Notes under the pieces: model-generated
The model's input: only the letters and a program-made list of their open reading frames with translations
Databases searched by the model: none
Told to the model about the DNA's origin: nothing
Origin: an uncultured bacterium
GTDB lineage: Bacteria > CSSED10-310 > CAZUFC01
DNA length: 64,000 nucleotides
NCBI GenBank assembly: GCA_964619725.1
Contig: CAZUFC010000028.1
Coordinates: forward strand, 1-64,000
Reading direction: 5' to 3'
Shown here: piece by piece, positions 37,901-46,850 of the stretch
Position numbering within the stretch: the stretch's first letter is position 1
How the letters are laid out: each line of letters opens with the position of its first letter
Made by a program: the position numbers and the translations under genes

Positions 37901-39830
37901 CGGGGTCAACCAGAGTCATTTCTATTTCAACGCCTTCAGCGGCTGCTCCGTCATTGGCCAGGTACATTATGAAATCGATGGTTTCTCCCGGTTCGATGCA
38001 TCCGTCTCCGTCTCCGTTTGCGGAATCATCGATTCCCGACCAGATAAGATGAAAATCGGGAGACTCCGGCGCTCCTCCCGTCGCCAGACTGGGATCGCCG
38101 AAATATTCGAATTGAAGAACCGTTATGAAATCAACGGTGTCCGCGAGACCTTTATCCAGAAGTAAAGAAGAAAGGGCCGACAGAGCTGCATAACCTTGCG
38201 TTTTGTGACCCGCTCCAATAGCCTGAAAATATTTTTCATCCAGGTAACCCATGGCGCCCAAATGCCCGCCCATGCCGTATCCGCCGGCAAAAGCCGTACG
38301 TGTGGCGCCGTAATAACCTACCGCTCCTCCATCAGGATGCAAAATTATCGCCTCGCCGAAACAGCGGTCATAACCGTTCACGGGACATTCAGGATTCTCC
38401 GTATCAAAAACGCTGGTCGAACAAGCGTATCCGAATGTGACCGGCAACGTCTCATAATTCGTCAATTCATCAACCTGGGATGTCGTGAAACCGCCCTCGA
38501 ACGACCAGCCGTCAATCCAACCATGATTCGCAAAATTCACATATAACGCCCCGTCTTCGAATGCGTCGAAAAGACTCTCGGTCGTTAACTCGGCCGTTCG
38601 CTCATACGTCCCGGTTTCATATAACTTTATTAATTCATAATCATTCAAATGATGTTCGGCAATAAATTCCTTGGTCGCTTCTCCCTCTGGAATGCCGCTT
38701 GTTTCGCCGTGACTTTCGTAAGAAAAAGTATCAGCTCCGGCAAGCACAATCCGGCTCAACCATGCCTCTTCTCCCGCTAGCGATTGTTCGTAGTGCAATA
38801 TCTTGCCCGTAGCCGCTTCCAGTTCGCTCAGCGTGCCGGCAGGGATACGGCCGATAAGCACATCGGGCAGGAAATCGCATTGATCCGCATTGCCGTTTTC
38901 ATACTCTCCGAAAATATCATCTCCATCAGCATCCCAATCGCAGAAGTTACCGGCGCCGTCGAACAGATCGGCATAATAGAGATCGCTCGGAATATTTTCC
39001 CAATCGTCGCTTCCGCCGTAGTCGCTGTGAAATGTATAGCGAACCGGTATCCTGTCTACGTCGCCCAGCAATAAAACATAACGGATGTCATTACCATAAT
39101 AAGATGTTTCGATCGCCTTCTTAATCTTTTCAGCCTCATCGCGACCCGTTTCGTTCTCTTGAATATATTCCATCGATAAAGTCATCGTATCAATTCCCGC
39201 GTTCAACTTATGAGCGACGAATTCGTCAACGCACGTCGCACTGAGGAATTCTTCCGGTCCTATGATCAATAAAGCTGCAGAATCCCTGGATTCGGGAAAA
39301 TCAGGAATTTCCACCGGCAAGAACAAGTCAATCGACTCGATATATTTTACGTGCACTCCCTTGACCCGGACGGGATAAATGTGGACCGTAGCAAATACAG
39401 TCGGTTCAAACGTTTCACTGTCAATGCCCTGCCTTACTTCCATTCGAAACCATCGATCGGGATAATAATCGCCGCCGCATAAAATATTGGATACAGGCCC
39501 TGTCAGTTTTCCGCCATACACCGGCGGCTTGGGAGGCAGCACACTCAAAGGCTCCCTCAGTTCCGTTTCCTTAATCAGAAGTTGATCGATTTTCAAATCG
39601 CCTACAACCGTCCCTTCAGGAAATTTAAAACTCTTGATTAAATATGGTAATTCATAACCGCCCGAAGCCGTCAAACGGGAATCGGCGCCCAGTAGAAATA
39701 CTTTCTCTCCTTCCTGCATTATGCCGGAAGCAGGAGAAAAATGTATGACGCGTTCCTGAACCTCAGCCGACGCCGGCGCTGAAAGACATAAAAAAAATAC
39801 CAATATCAACTTTGCCGTATTTTTCCGCAT
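34968..39830 (-). CDS. Secreted multidomain gingipain-like (peptidase C25) protein with Ig-like, Kelch and shared C-terminal domains
   Basis: Signal peptide; YVLLLGD, SDLYYAD, IGRIP, catalytic NHG and YAC, FGDP; MYDDGEHGD..GDYIF (choice-of-anchor X-like); Kelch-like GG repeats. Confidence 0.88.
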   Translation of the reverse strand: MRKNTAKLILVFFLCLSAPASAEVQERVIHFSPASGIMQEGEKVFLLGADSRLTASGGYELPYLIKSFKFPEGTVVGDLKIDQLLIKETELREPLSVLPPKPPVYGGKLTGPVSNILCGGDYYPDRWFRMEVRQGIDSETFEPTVFATVHIYPVRVKGVHVKYIESIDLFLPVEIPDFPESRDSAALLIIGPEEFLSATCVDEFVAHKLNAGIDTMTLSMEYIQENETGRDEAEKIKKAIETSYYGNDIRYVLLLGDVDRIPVRYTFHSDYGGSDDWENIPSDLYYADLFDGAGNFCDWDADGDDIFGEYENGNADQCDFLPDVLIGRIPAGTLSELEAATGKILHYEQSLAGEEAWLSRIVLAGADTFSYESHGETSGIPEGEATKEFIAEHHLNDYELIKLYETGTYERTAELTTESLFDAFEDGALYVNFANHGWIDGWSFEGGFTTSQVDELTNYETLPVTFGYACSTSVFDTENPECPVNGYDRCFGEAIILHPDGGAVGYYGATRTAFAGGYGMGGHLGAMGYLDEKYFQAIGAGHKTQGYAALSALSSLLLDKGLADTVDFITVLQFEYFGDPSLATGGAPESPDFHLIWSGIDDSANGDGDGCIEPGETIDFIMYLANDGAAAEGVEIEMTLVDPEITLLNASAVLNDMGRGTRKAISPLLCIDLSEDCPAGRSLPLDFRVSWTEGETSFSETLFIGEYPYLTAEKIWITGDDNNDNIASPGEEIKFAPAFHNIGCAAATGFTAQIEIDDQWVRNYGVRGNGTVADIHPGETFIPQRLFFAELAPMTPHQHMIECFITLTDEESRLEWQYELQIPVLDYTLPVVENFKVNPAEPEPGQTVFVTATVKDSSGVEIVQCTLRSYEIETPLTFSMYDDGEHGDGNEGDYIFGAEITLSSVPTYYQADMYVADTLGNKGTVPGAGGASTVPFVSNDSILIVPCADNDAYLGLFTQALLDAGYNFDVWSWYRGGMPPEAVLDEYTDGAVVWFYSHTFPMLEEQERDAIDYYLSKGGNLLITEQDLGWAMVDEGTPETQQWYENTLLAEYIKDSVPQKTVCGIPGNPVSVGLEFNIDGGSGAKNQQWPSLIEPIAPAQTCLTYKDYSGPQSGTAAIYAQRNGAKHVYLAFGFEGIASQKDRCDLMADIMNYFGLAPDEDYVGLPWNQSPGWWIGPELPLNSMYADAVFCPYDNRIYRAGGIPEDFAGGSADKSVVYIETSTGLSGDAGVDLLHDRFYHASACLFTPSGPKIFFIGGINFYSQLVNDVEAYDPLTGEISVWDDDPLPVGFQGIPGSWVTAQNKLYIIGEALLTPPYQRGKTWVFDPNAEPGERWTQLDADISPPRFFAATAYLDEKIFLIGGISQIDQDSIRVYDRVDVLDLSDSTPQWNDSAAQDLPKALFFAAGVGIAEGSNVLFENKILVAGGMMMNDDPSAYLYDLQTDSWSPYWPTKLPRMLHSNLLTAPGPRGPAVWMVGGYYELLYGNTAVLQLGPDPEGSWVNIRTFPDTVPDGGRLYIDMDIAGDDAAEPVDCFVAMEVFDEFYFLTADPAFPTFTEEPMSFFSSVPLTKDVVYSGPLLDLDVPPGIPLISGTFYAATVFSDSGELAGGLSWSDFTIGEE

Positions 39831-40490
39831 GGTGATTCCTCCTTTACCATCCTTATATTATTGACAGAGAATTCAGAAAGTCAAAGACATGCGATGAATG
39901 CCTCCTTCATACTTTATACACAGAAGCGCGCAGAAATGTTCATTTTAAATTTCTTTCCGGGGTTTGTCGATGCCGGCATGGTCCCGTTTTGGAGTGAATC
40001 CACAATCGGTAATATCAGGTCTTAAATGCAACCGTTTAATGTCTTGAAAAAACCGGAACTGATCAAACCGGGGGTACGCTTCTTTCAAAAACTTTTGACA
40101 TTTTGTTGAGTAATCGGGGTCGGTATCGGTATCGGGAGCAAAATCGAAATAAAATGATGGAAGGTTCTGTAGAATTGTAACCTCAAAAGCCGATTTTTTG
40201 ATCAATGCCGCAAACCTTTTTTCTCTGTATCATACGATCGACGTCACTTATCGTTTAAACCCCGAACAGCCGTCTCAAAACAGATGCCGATAGATTATTT
40301 GATAGTCTATTTCAATTTCAATCGGTAGAGATTCCTGCCTCTTTTGCTATAATATTACTGGGAGAAAAGTCGAATACGGGACATTGGTTCTCGGAATCAG
40401 TCGATCCTGTCGAATTTCAGGAAACTTATATTTTTTTGACGCATCTCTGAATGGAGGAGTTTGTTTATTCTTTTTTAAGGAGGACATAGA

Positions 40491-42035
40491 ATGAAACATT
40501 TCAAAAAGCAAATAATGCCGAAGTTTTTGACGATTATCGCCCTCATTTTTGTAAGCGTTTGGGCTGAAAAAACGATCTGCGCTGAACCGGGAACTCCGAA
40601 CGATTGGAATATAGAACTGATTTTATTTGCCGAAGGATTGGACAATCCTGTCGATATCGTTCACGCTTTCGACGGCAGGTTGTTCATTTTGGAAAAAGCG
40701 GGTTACATCCGCATAGCACGGCCCGACGGCAGCCTGGAGTCGACTCCTTTTCTGGATATTTCAGACAGGGTTACATCGACCGCTTCAGAGCAGGGTTTGC
40801 TGGGACTGGCGTTTCATCCTGAATATTCGGAAAATGGTTACTTTTATGTGAACTATACGGACTTAGAGGGAGATACGGCGGTTTCCCGATTTGAAGTCGA
40901 TGATAATGATCCCGATCAGGCTGATCCGGGAAGTGAAACTCTAATCCTGGGCATTTCACAGCCTTTCGATAATCATAACGGCGGGGACCTCGCTTTCGGA
41001 CCTGACGGATATCTTTACATTTCGACAGGAGACGGCGGAAGCGGAGGCGATCCGGGAAATCGATCTCAAAACCTGGAGGATTTACTCGGTAAAATCCTGC
41101 GAATTGATGTGGACGGGACAGCGCCTTACGGCATTCCTCCCGACAATCCTTTTATTGACGATCCGGCAGCCTTGGATGAAATATGGGCGTGGGGATTACG
41201 GAATCCCTGGCGCTTTTCTTTTGACAGGGACACCGATGATTTCTTCATAGCAGACGTCGGTCAGAGCAACTGGGAGGAGATAAATTATCAACCGGCTGAC
41301 AGCCAGGGCGGAGAAAATTACGGATGGAGATGCTATGAAGGCAACCATGAATTCAATACCAACGGTTGCGCTTCCCCCGATGAATACGTTTTTCCCATCT
41401 TTGAATACGATCATGGATCGGGATGCTCTGTAACCGGCGGTTACGTTTACAGAGGATACCTTTATCCGGAATTAAACGGCGCCTATTTCCTGGCCGATCA
41501 TTGCAGCGGGGAGTTCTGGGCTTTGGCGCCCGACGGCCAGGGCGGCTGGTCGGAAACTTCGCTTGGAATAGTACAATCCGGCATTACCTCTTTCGGTGAA
41601 GATCAAAACGGCGAACTGTATATCGCTTCATATTTTGAAGGCAAAATATATCGAATAAAGCAGGCCGATGCCGACTCCGATCTCAAATTGAATATTAGTC
41701 TCAATCAAAGCATGTACGAAAAAGGTGATCGATTTCTGCTGAATCTGCAATTAATAAATTATGAAGAACCTCTTAACGCTCAATTATACCTCTTCCTGGA
41801 CCCGGGCACGGGGAATGAATTCTTCTTCTGGCCCTCCTGGTGCCGGTACCCCGATTGCGTTGACTTTGAAACAGTCAATCTGCCGCAAAACTCCTTCGAA
41901 TCGAATGATCTCCTGGACTTCACCTGGCCGGCTGATGCCGGCAGCGCTCAAGGATTCTTCTTTTACGCCGGACTCGTCGATCCTGAAGCAATGGAATTGA
42001 TCGTCATGGATTCTGTTGATTTTTCCTACCGATAA
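40491..42035 (+). CDS. Secreted PQQ-dependent sugar dehydrogenase (GSDH/Asd family) with shared C-terminal domain
   Basis: EQGLLGLAFHP, NHNGG.LAFGPDGYLY, GKILRID, GLRNPWR, ADVG, NYGW, SFGED; AAGGAGG RBS. Confidence 0.92.
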   Translation: MKHFKKQIMPKFLTIIALIFVSVWAEKTICAEPGTPNDWNIELILFAEGLDNPVDIVHAFDGRLFILEKAGYIRIARPDGSLESTPFLDISDRVTSTASEQGLLGLAFHPEYSENGYFYVNYTDLEGDTAVSRFEVDDNDPDQADPGSETLILGISQPFDNHNGGDLAFGPDGYLYISTGDGGSGGDPGNRSQNLEDLLGKILRIDVDGTAPYGIPPDNPFIDDPAALDEIWAWGLRNPWRFSFDRDTDDFFIADVGQSNWEEINYQPADSQGGENYGWRCYEGNHEFNTNGCASPDEYVFPIFEYDHGSGCSVTGGYVYRGYLYPELNGAYFLADHCSGEFWALAPDGQGGWSETSLGIVQSGITSFGEDQNGELYIASYFEGKIYRIKQADADSDLKLNISLNQSMYEKGDRFLLNLQLINYEEPLNAQLYLFLDPGTGNEFFFWPSWCRYPDCVDFETVNLPQNSFESNDLLDFTWPADAGSAQGFFFYAGLVDPEAMELIVMDSVDFSYR

Positions 42036-42098
42036 TTTTATTGTTCAGAAGAGCATTTGTATTGCTTCTGAAAACAGGACAGAACCAAAGGATCGATA

Positions 42099-43160
42099 AT
42101 GGAAAATTTAAACCAATCCCCGAAAAAAAATGAAATCAGCAGCATCTACCTCAAAATTTACGGCATGCCGTGCGTTAATCACTGCAAGCATTGTTACGCT
42201 TTCGGCGCTCCAGGAAAACCGGCCATGAAATTCGAGGATATCCTTTTCATTCTGCAAAAGGCCGCTGAATTGAAAAAAGACTATCCTTTCGTTCTGCCGC
42301 AATATTTTGAAGAACCTACCATCCATCCCCAATTTACGGAAATGTTTGAATACCAGGCCGAAGCAGGAATGGTCTGGCCGGGCTTCTTCTTCCCTACTAA
42401 CGGCTTCGGATTAGCCCGAATGAATAACGAGCAATGGCGCCGCCTTAAAAAAGCAGGACTAACTGACATTCAACTCACATTTTATGGATGGAAGGATAAT
42501 CATGATGCTTTTGCGGGAAGAAAAGGAGCTTTCCAGGACCTGCTCGAAACCGCTAAAAAAGCTGACGAGCACGACATCGGCTGGTATGCCGGAATCATCA
42601 TCCACACCGGTAATGTTGACAAACTAGGCGATATAAAGTCCAGAATCAGTGAAATCGGCAGAAACGGCGCCCAGGCGGGTTGCTTTCCTTTTCATTACCA
42701 AGGCAGAGGAGCTGTCGACGATTGGAGAATTAGAGAAGCGGATATAGTAAATACGCCGCTTAAAAAGGAACTATGGAAATCCGAAAGACAATACATTAAT
42801 GAGATCACCAATGATGATGAAGCCGGAAAAAAATTCGCTGTCGAAAGCGCTTGTCAGGGAGCTTCTTTTGACATAAACGTAGACATGGATGTTTTATATG
42901 GGGGAGATTGCGATTCCGCTCCGTTTCCCGAACTTCGGCCTTATCTTAAAATAGGCAGTCTGAAAAACGAATGTCTGGCGTCAATGATAAAAAAGGCAGT
43001 AAACGATCCGCCTCTGCCCTTTAAAATCTTACAGCGAACAAACAGGCGCGAACTGGCCGAACAATACGGCGATGAAGCCAACGACCGGATTTACTGGTTG
43101 AACGATCTGATTGTAAATAAATGGGGGCGACTCCACCTGAAAAAAACACTGGATATTTAG
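42099..43160 (+). CDS. Radical SAM protein of unknown function
   Basis: CVNHCKHC; EP motif; TNG; HDAFAGRKGAF. Confidence 0.85.
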   Translation: MENLNQSPKKNEISSIYLKIYGMPCVNHCKHCYAFGAPGKPAMKFEDILFILQKAAELKKDYPFVLPQYFEEPTIHPQFTEMFEYQAEAGMVWPGFFFPTNGFGLARMNNEQWRRLKKAGLTDIQLTFYGWKDNHDAFAGRKGAFQDLLETAKKADEHDIGWYAGIIIHTGNVDKLGDIKSRISEIGRNGAQAGCFPFHYQGRGAVDDWRIREADIVNTPLKKELWKSERQYINEITNDDEAGKKFAVESACQGASFDINVDMDVLYGGDCDSAPFPELRPYLKIGSLKNECLASMIKKAVNDPPLPFKILQRTNRRELAEQYGDEANDRIYWLNDLIVNKWGRLHLKKTLDI

Positions 43161-43225
43161 CCCGAATCAGCGCCTCTCCGCCGACTTACTTATTCTCTGT
43201 TTCGGACATTATCCCCTGCATTCCG

Positions 43226-44113
43226 TTACTCAAATATATCGTGAGACTCCAGCTTTTCCAGAATTCGGAGATAATAGTTTTTCCAGCTTTTGTTCAATTT
43301 AATGGAATAAGGTACGACATCGTTGCTTCTTAAGAGATCGATTTTATTTTTTATTAACTTGCAATATTTATCTGGAAAAAAGTAGACGATCTTGTTGTTT
43401 ATGGGCATTTTTTTTTCAAATTTTCTTCTGGCTCTGTAAGTGAGCAGCCACCAGAGATGAATTTCAACGAAATCCATGGTAAAGCCAATGATATAGATGT
43501 TGTCCGTGAAGAAGAAATCGATCCAACTGTCGAATTGAATTTTATTTTCCAGGAATCTTTTCATAAGCGGATCAAAAACGATATTTTTGTAAGTTTTTCC
43601 CGTTCCGGTAACGACATAGTTTCTCATTTGCTGAAGGTATCCGGCATAATGTTCGTAACCCAGGGAAATAGAGGCGGGGATGCTGCTTTCGCCGTGAATG
43701 TGCCAGATTCTTTTTTGTCCGATGCGGTTATGTCTGAACAGACTGAAAACGTTTTCCTTTATTTTGCCTTCGTTTCTCAGTCCGCTGAGATTACTGGTAA
43801 GAACTTTTTCCAGTGAATAATCGTAGTTTGTGGTGAGAAATTCATTGCAGTCAAGTTCCAGCAGTTTTTTATGAATTTCATTGTCGGGGATTTCCGAAAC
43901 TTTTTCAGCAATGAACTTTTTAATTTTTCTTTCTCTGGCGCCCCTGTAACGGACGGCTTCCAGGAAAATTTCTTCATAAAGCAAGGGGAATGGTTTGTGG
44001 TTAATGTCGATTTGTCCGCCGGCGCCGATAAATTCGATAAGGTCTTCGATGAGGTTCTGCCAGTTGTATTCAGATGAGACGTTGTTTACTCCGTTACCCA
44101 TAAGTATAATCAT
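43226..44113 (-). CDS. SIR2-like (SIR2_2) domain protein
   Basis: GNG...W..L N-terminus, LTTNYD, HIHG, IIGF motifs; AAGGAG RBS before ATG 44113. Confidence 0.8.
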   Translation of the reverse strand: MIILMGNGVNNVSSEYNWQNLIEDLIEFIGAGGQIDINHKPFPLLYEEIFLEAVRYRGARERKIKKFIAEKVSEIPDNEIHKKLLELDCNEFLTTNYDYSLEKVLTSNLSGLRNEGKIKENVFSLFRHNRIGQKRIWHIHGESSIPASISLGYEHYAGYLQQMRNYVVTGTGKTYKNIVFDPLMKRFLENKIQFDSWIDFFFTDNIYIIGFTMDFVEIHLWWLLTYRARRKFEKKMPINNKIVYFFPDKYCKLIKNKIDLLRSNDVVPYSIKLNKSWKNYYLRILEKLESHDIFE

Positions 44114-44172
44114 TTGGGCTCCTTTTTCATTCAACCTGTAATCCGAAAATCCGGCGAGCGGACTGAGGGAAT

Positions 44173-45216
44173 CTAAAGCAACATTATTTCATGAAAATTA
44201 TCCACGGCGATTTGGATGTCCTCGCTGGTTATTCCGTGATGCGTGACCGCCCTGAACTGATCCTGTCCCGTCGCCAGGATCAAAACGTCTCTGTCGGCGG
44301 CCCTTCTCACGAAATCAGAAGCATCCATTGTGGGATGCTTAATATTGAAATAGACGAGATTCGTATGAACCAGATCGAGATCAATTTCAAGTCCCTGAAT
44401 AGACGATATGCCTTCAGCCAAAAGTTTGGCATTCTGGTGATCTTCCTCCAGGCGTCCGATCATTTTTTCGACAGCCACCAGGCACGGAGCGGCAATAATG
44501 CCGGCTTGCCTCATGCCGCCGCCCAGCATTTTCCGAGTTCGACGCGCTTCTGAGATGAATTTCTCAGAACCGCATACGATGGAGCCGACAGGCGCTGCAA
44601 GACCTTTCGAAAAGCAGATATTAATGGAATCGAATCCTGCAGCGAGTTCTTTCACGTCGACATCCAGGGCAACGGCTGCATTGAATATGCGAGCGCCGTC
44701 CAGATGTATTTTTAAATTTCTCTGTTTAGCCTCTTTGACTACAGAGCGCGTATAATCAACGCTCAGAGGCGAACCGAAACAACGGTTATGCGTATTCTCC
44801 AGGCAAATGAGCCTGGTTCTGGGATAATGAACGTCTTCTTTGCGCACGGCTTTTCTGATGTCGTCCAGATCAATGGTTCCGTCAGGCTGATTCTGAACTG
44901 TGCGAGGATGGACCCCGCCGTGAGCCGACATGGCTCCAGCTTCATTTATGAAAATATGAGACACGTCGCCCAGTATCGCCTCTTCCCCGCGCCGGCAATG
45001 AGTCAAAACCGATACCTGGTTGCCCATGGTGCCGCTTACTACCAGCAATGCGGCTTCAGTTCCAATCATTTCCGCTACTCTTTTCTCCAGAAGGTTTACA
45101 TTCGGGTCCTCGCTGAAAACATCATCTCCGAGTTTTGCAGTAAACATCGCGCTTCTCATTTCATCCGTAGGCAACGTAACTGTATCGCTTCGAAGGTCAA
45201 CAACCTTTTTTCTCAT
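44173..45216 (-). CDS. ltaE: Low-specificity L-threonine aldolase
   Basis: DLRSDTVT, SGTMGN, LENTHN, HLDGARIFNA, CFSKGLAAPVGS, GGGMRQAG. Confidence 0.95.
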   Translation of the reverse strand: MRKKVVDLRSDTVTLPTDEMRSAMFTAKLGDDVFSEDPNVNLLEKRVAEMIGTEAALLVVSGTMGNQVSVLTHCRRGEEAILGDVSHIFINEAGAMSAHGGVHPRTVQNQPDGTIDLDDIRKAVRKEDVHYPRTRLICLENTHNRCFGSPLSVDYTRSVVKEAKQRNLKIHLDGARIFNAAVALDVDVKELAAGFDSINICFSKGLAAPVGSIVCGSEKFISEARRTRKMLGGGMRQAGIIAAPCLVAVEKMIGRLEEDHQNAKLLAEGISSIQGLEIDLDLVHTNLVYFNIKHPTMDASDFVRRAADRDVLILATGQDQFRAVTHHGITSEDIQIAVDNFHEIMLL

Positions 45217-45409
45217 TTCTTATTTCTCCTTAAAACTTTTTTATCATCGTATGACAATAGAAAAAATAAACACGAATAATGAAAATGCCCATAAAGAGCC
45301 CCTCAGTCTCCATTCAACTACAAAAAATTGATTTTGTAAAACTGATATCAGTGAGTTGTCTTTGGCGCCGATCTTTCCGAAAGGCGAGGATCAGGAAAAT
45401 GTCGAAGAG

Positions 45410-45785
45410 TGGAACAAGCGGTGAAATGGGGGGTTTTATGAAGGAACAGTCTCTTGCATTAAAAAAAGATGATTGGTCCGTCGTCATTACGGGTTGTTCG
45501 CATCCAGTCATCCTCAATATCGTCAGAAAAGCCGAAGAAATTCTTAATGTCGATGAGTTGTCCCTGGTTGCCGGAGGATTCCATCTGCTAAGACATACTG
45601 ATGAACAGGTCAATTCGATAATTGATGAGTTCAAAACATTAAATGTTCGACGGTGCGGAGCGACTCATCGTACGGGAGATCATCAAATTGAGATGCTTAG
45701 GAACGTCTACAAAGAAAAATTCATCCCTATGGGAACAGGCCGAATAATCGAGTTTTCTGCTGCAGGCATAAAAATAAAAAAATGA
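45410..45785 (+). pseudogene. C-terminal fragment of an MBL-fold metallo-hydrolase
   Basis: EQSL...ITGCSHP...GGFHL...H(R)TG...GTG match the C-half only; no HxHxDH N-half; family GCSHPG and HCTG motifs altered. Confidence 0.65.
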
Positions 45786-45799
45786 TTCGTTTCTCGATT

Positions 45800-46696
45800 T
45801 CAATAGTCATACTCGCAAGGCGCGCTTCGATAGCGTTGAGGCACGGCGTAGCGAGCCGCCTTCCCGTGAAGCTGATTAATCTGGTCCTGTGTCGTCTCTA
45901 TCATGAAATCGAGATACGGCTTCAAATCCTGTTTAGACATGCGAAACCTTCTTCGTAATCTTCTCTCTGAGCGTTTCGCCATTTTTTTCCAGAAATCTCT
46001 CATCGAATGAAGTCTTTCAAATTTTCTGCACCACCATATTCCGGGTTTTCCGCCGTATTCTTTTTTACCCGTTACGAGCGATTCGAATCTGATAATTTTC
46101 CTGGCGGGATCAATTTCCATTTTATAATTCATAAGAAAATCCTGGCCGAGTAACCCGTCGAATTCCCAATCCTGATCTTCTCCAACTATTATCTCCATGT
46201 CTTCTTCTACCAATTTTCCTATTCCGATTGACTTCAATTCGTACCCGGATACAAAAAGAAAACTCGTATATGCGCCGGAAGCCAAATAAGGTCCCTTGAG
46301 CCGGCTTTTATAACTCGGATTAATCCTGCTTAATGCATCTCCGGTTATCAGGCTGGTTGCAGCGCCGGTATCCAGAATCATATTAACGTGATGATATTCG
46401 TTTATGTCCACTCGCACCAGGGGTGATGCTCCGTGCCATCTGAACCTGACATTCTGAACGACTTTTTGTTTTTTTGCGTAGGGATTCTCTTGATAATCAA
46501 GAAGCCCTTCAGGAGGCTGGTATTCTCTGGATTCGCTTTTTTCAGGTTCTTTTTTCTTTTCGGCATCAGGATCGGGAGCAGGATTCGTATAAACCGGCAC
46601 GCCGTCTTCGCCGATCTTCACTGAAATATCAGATTCCTGCGCAACGGCGCTGCAGCCGAGAATCATGGCCGACATTATGAACAACAATTTTTTCAT
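45800..46696 (-). CDS. Secreted retropepsin-like aspartic protease with DUF4124-like N-terminus
   Basis: Signal peptide; GEDGVPVYTNP; MILDTGA; DGLLGQDFL. Confidence 0.85.
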   Translation of the reverse strand: MKKLLFIMSAMILGCSAVAQESDISVKIGEDGVPVYTNPAPDPDAEKKKEPEKSESREYQPPEGLLDYQENPYAKKQKVVQNVRFRWHGASPLVRVDINEYHHVNMILDTGAATSLITGDALSRINPSYKSRLKGPYLASGAYTSFLFVSGYELKSIGIGKLVEEDMEIIVGEDQDWEFDGLLGQDFLMNYKMEIDPARKIIRFESLVTGKKEYGGKPGIWWCRKFERLHSMRDFWKKMAKRSERRLRRRFRMSKQDLKPYLDFMIETTQDQINQLHGKAARYAVPQRYRSAPCEYDY

Positions 46697-46850
46697 TGGT
46701 CTGACTCCATACTTTTGAAGAATGACTTATGTCTTCCATATCATATTGTACAATAATCATTCAGAATAATAAAGCCGTTCTTCAAACATGCGTCACTTGT
46801 AGTTTTTCGGGAGCTTTCGGTAACCGGTCGGGCGCGATTTCCAAATCGGA

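Noticed and set aside
34979-39074. Many 60-240 aa ORFs inside the C25 gene, and similar shadows in rpsA, der and dsbD
   Set aside because: Antisense or alternate-frame ORFs with no motifs, overlapping well-supported genes.
39945-40205. 86-aa ORF containing DTDTDPD
   Set aside because: No RBS or family motif; better explained as translation of a short DNA repeat.
42099-43160. pqqE next to the PQQ dehydrogenase
   Set aside because: No SPASM cysteine pattern and no pqqA-D neighbours.
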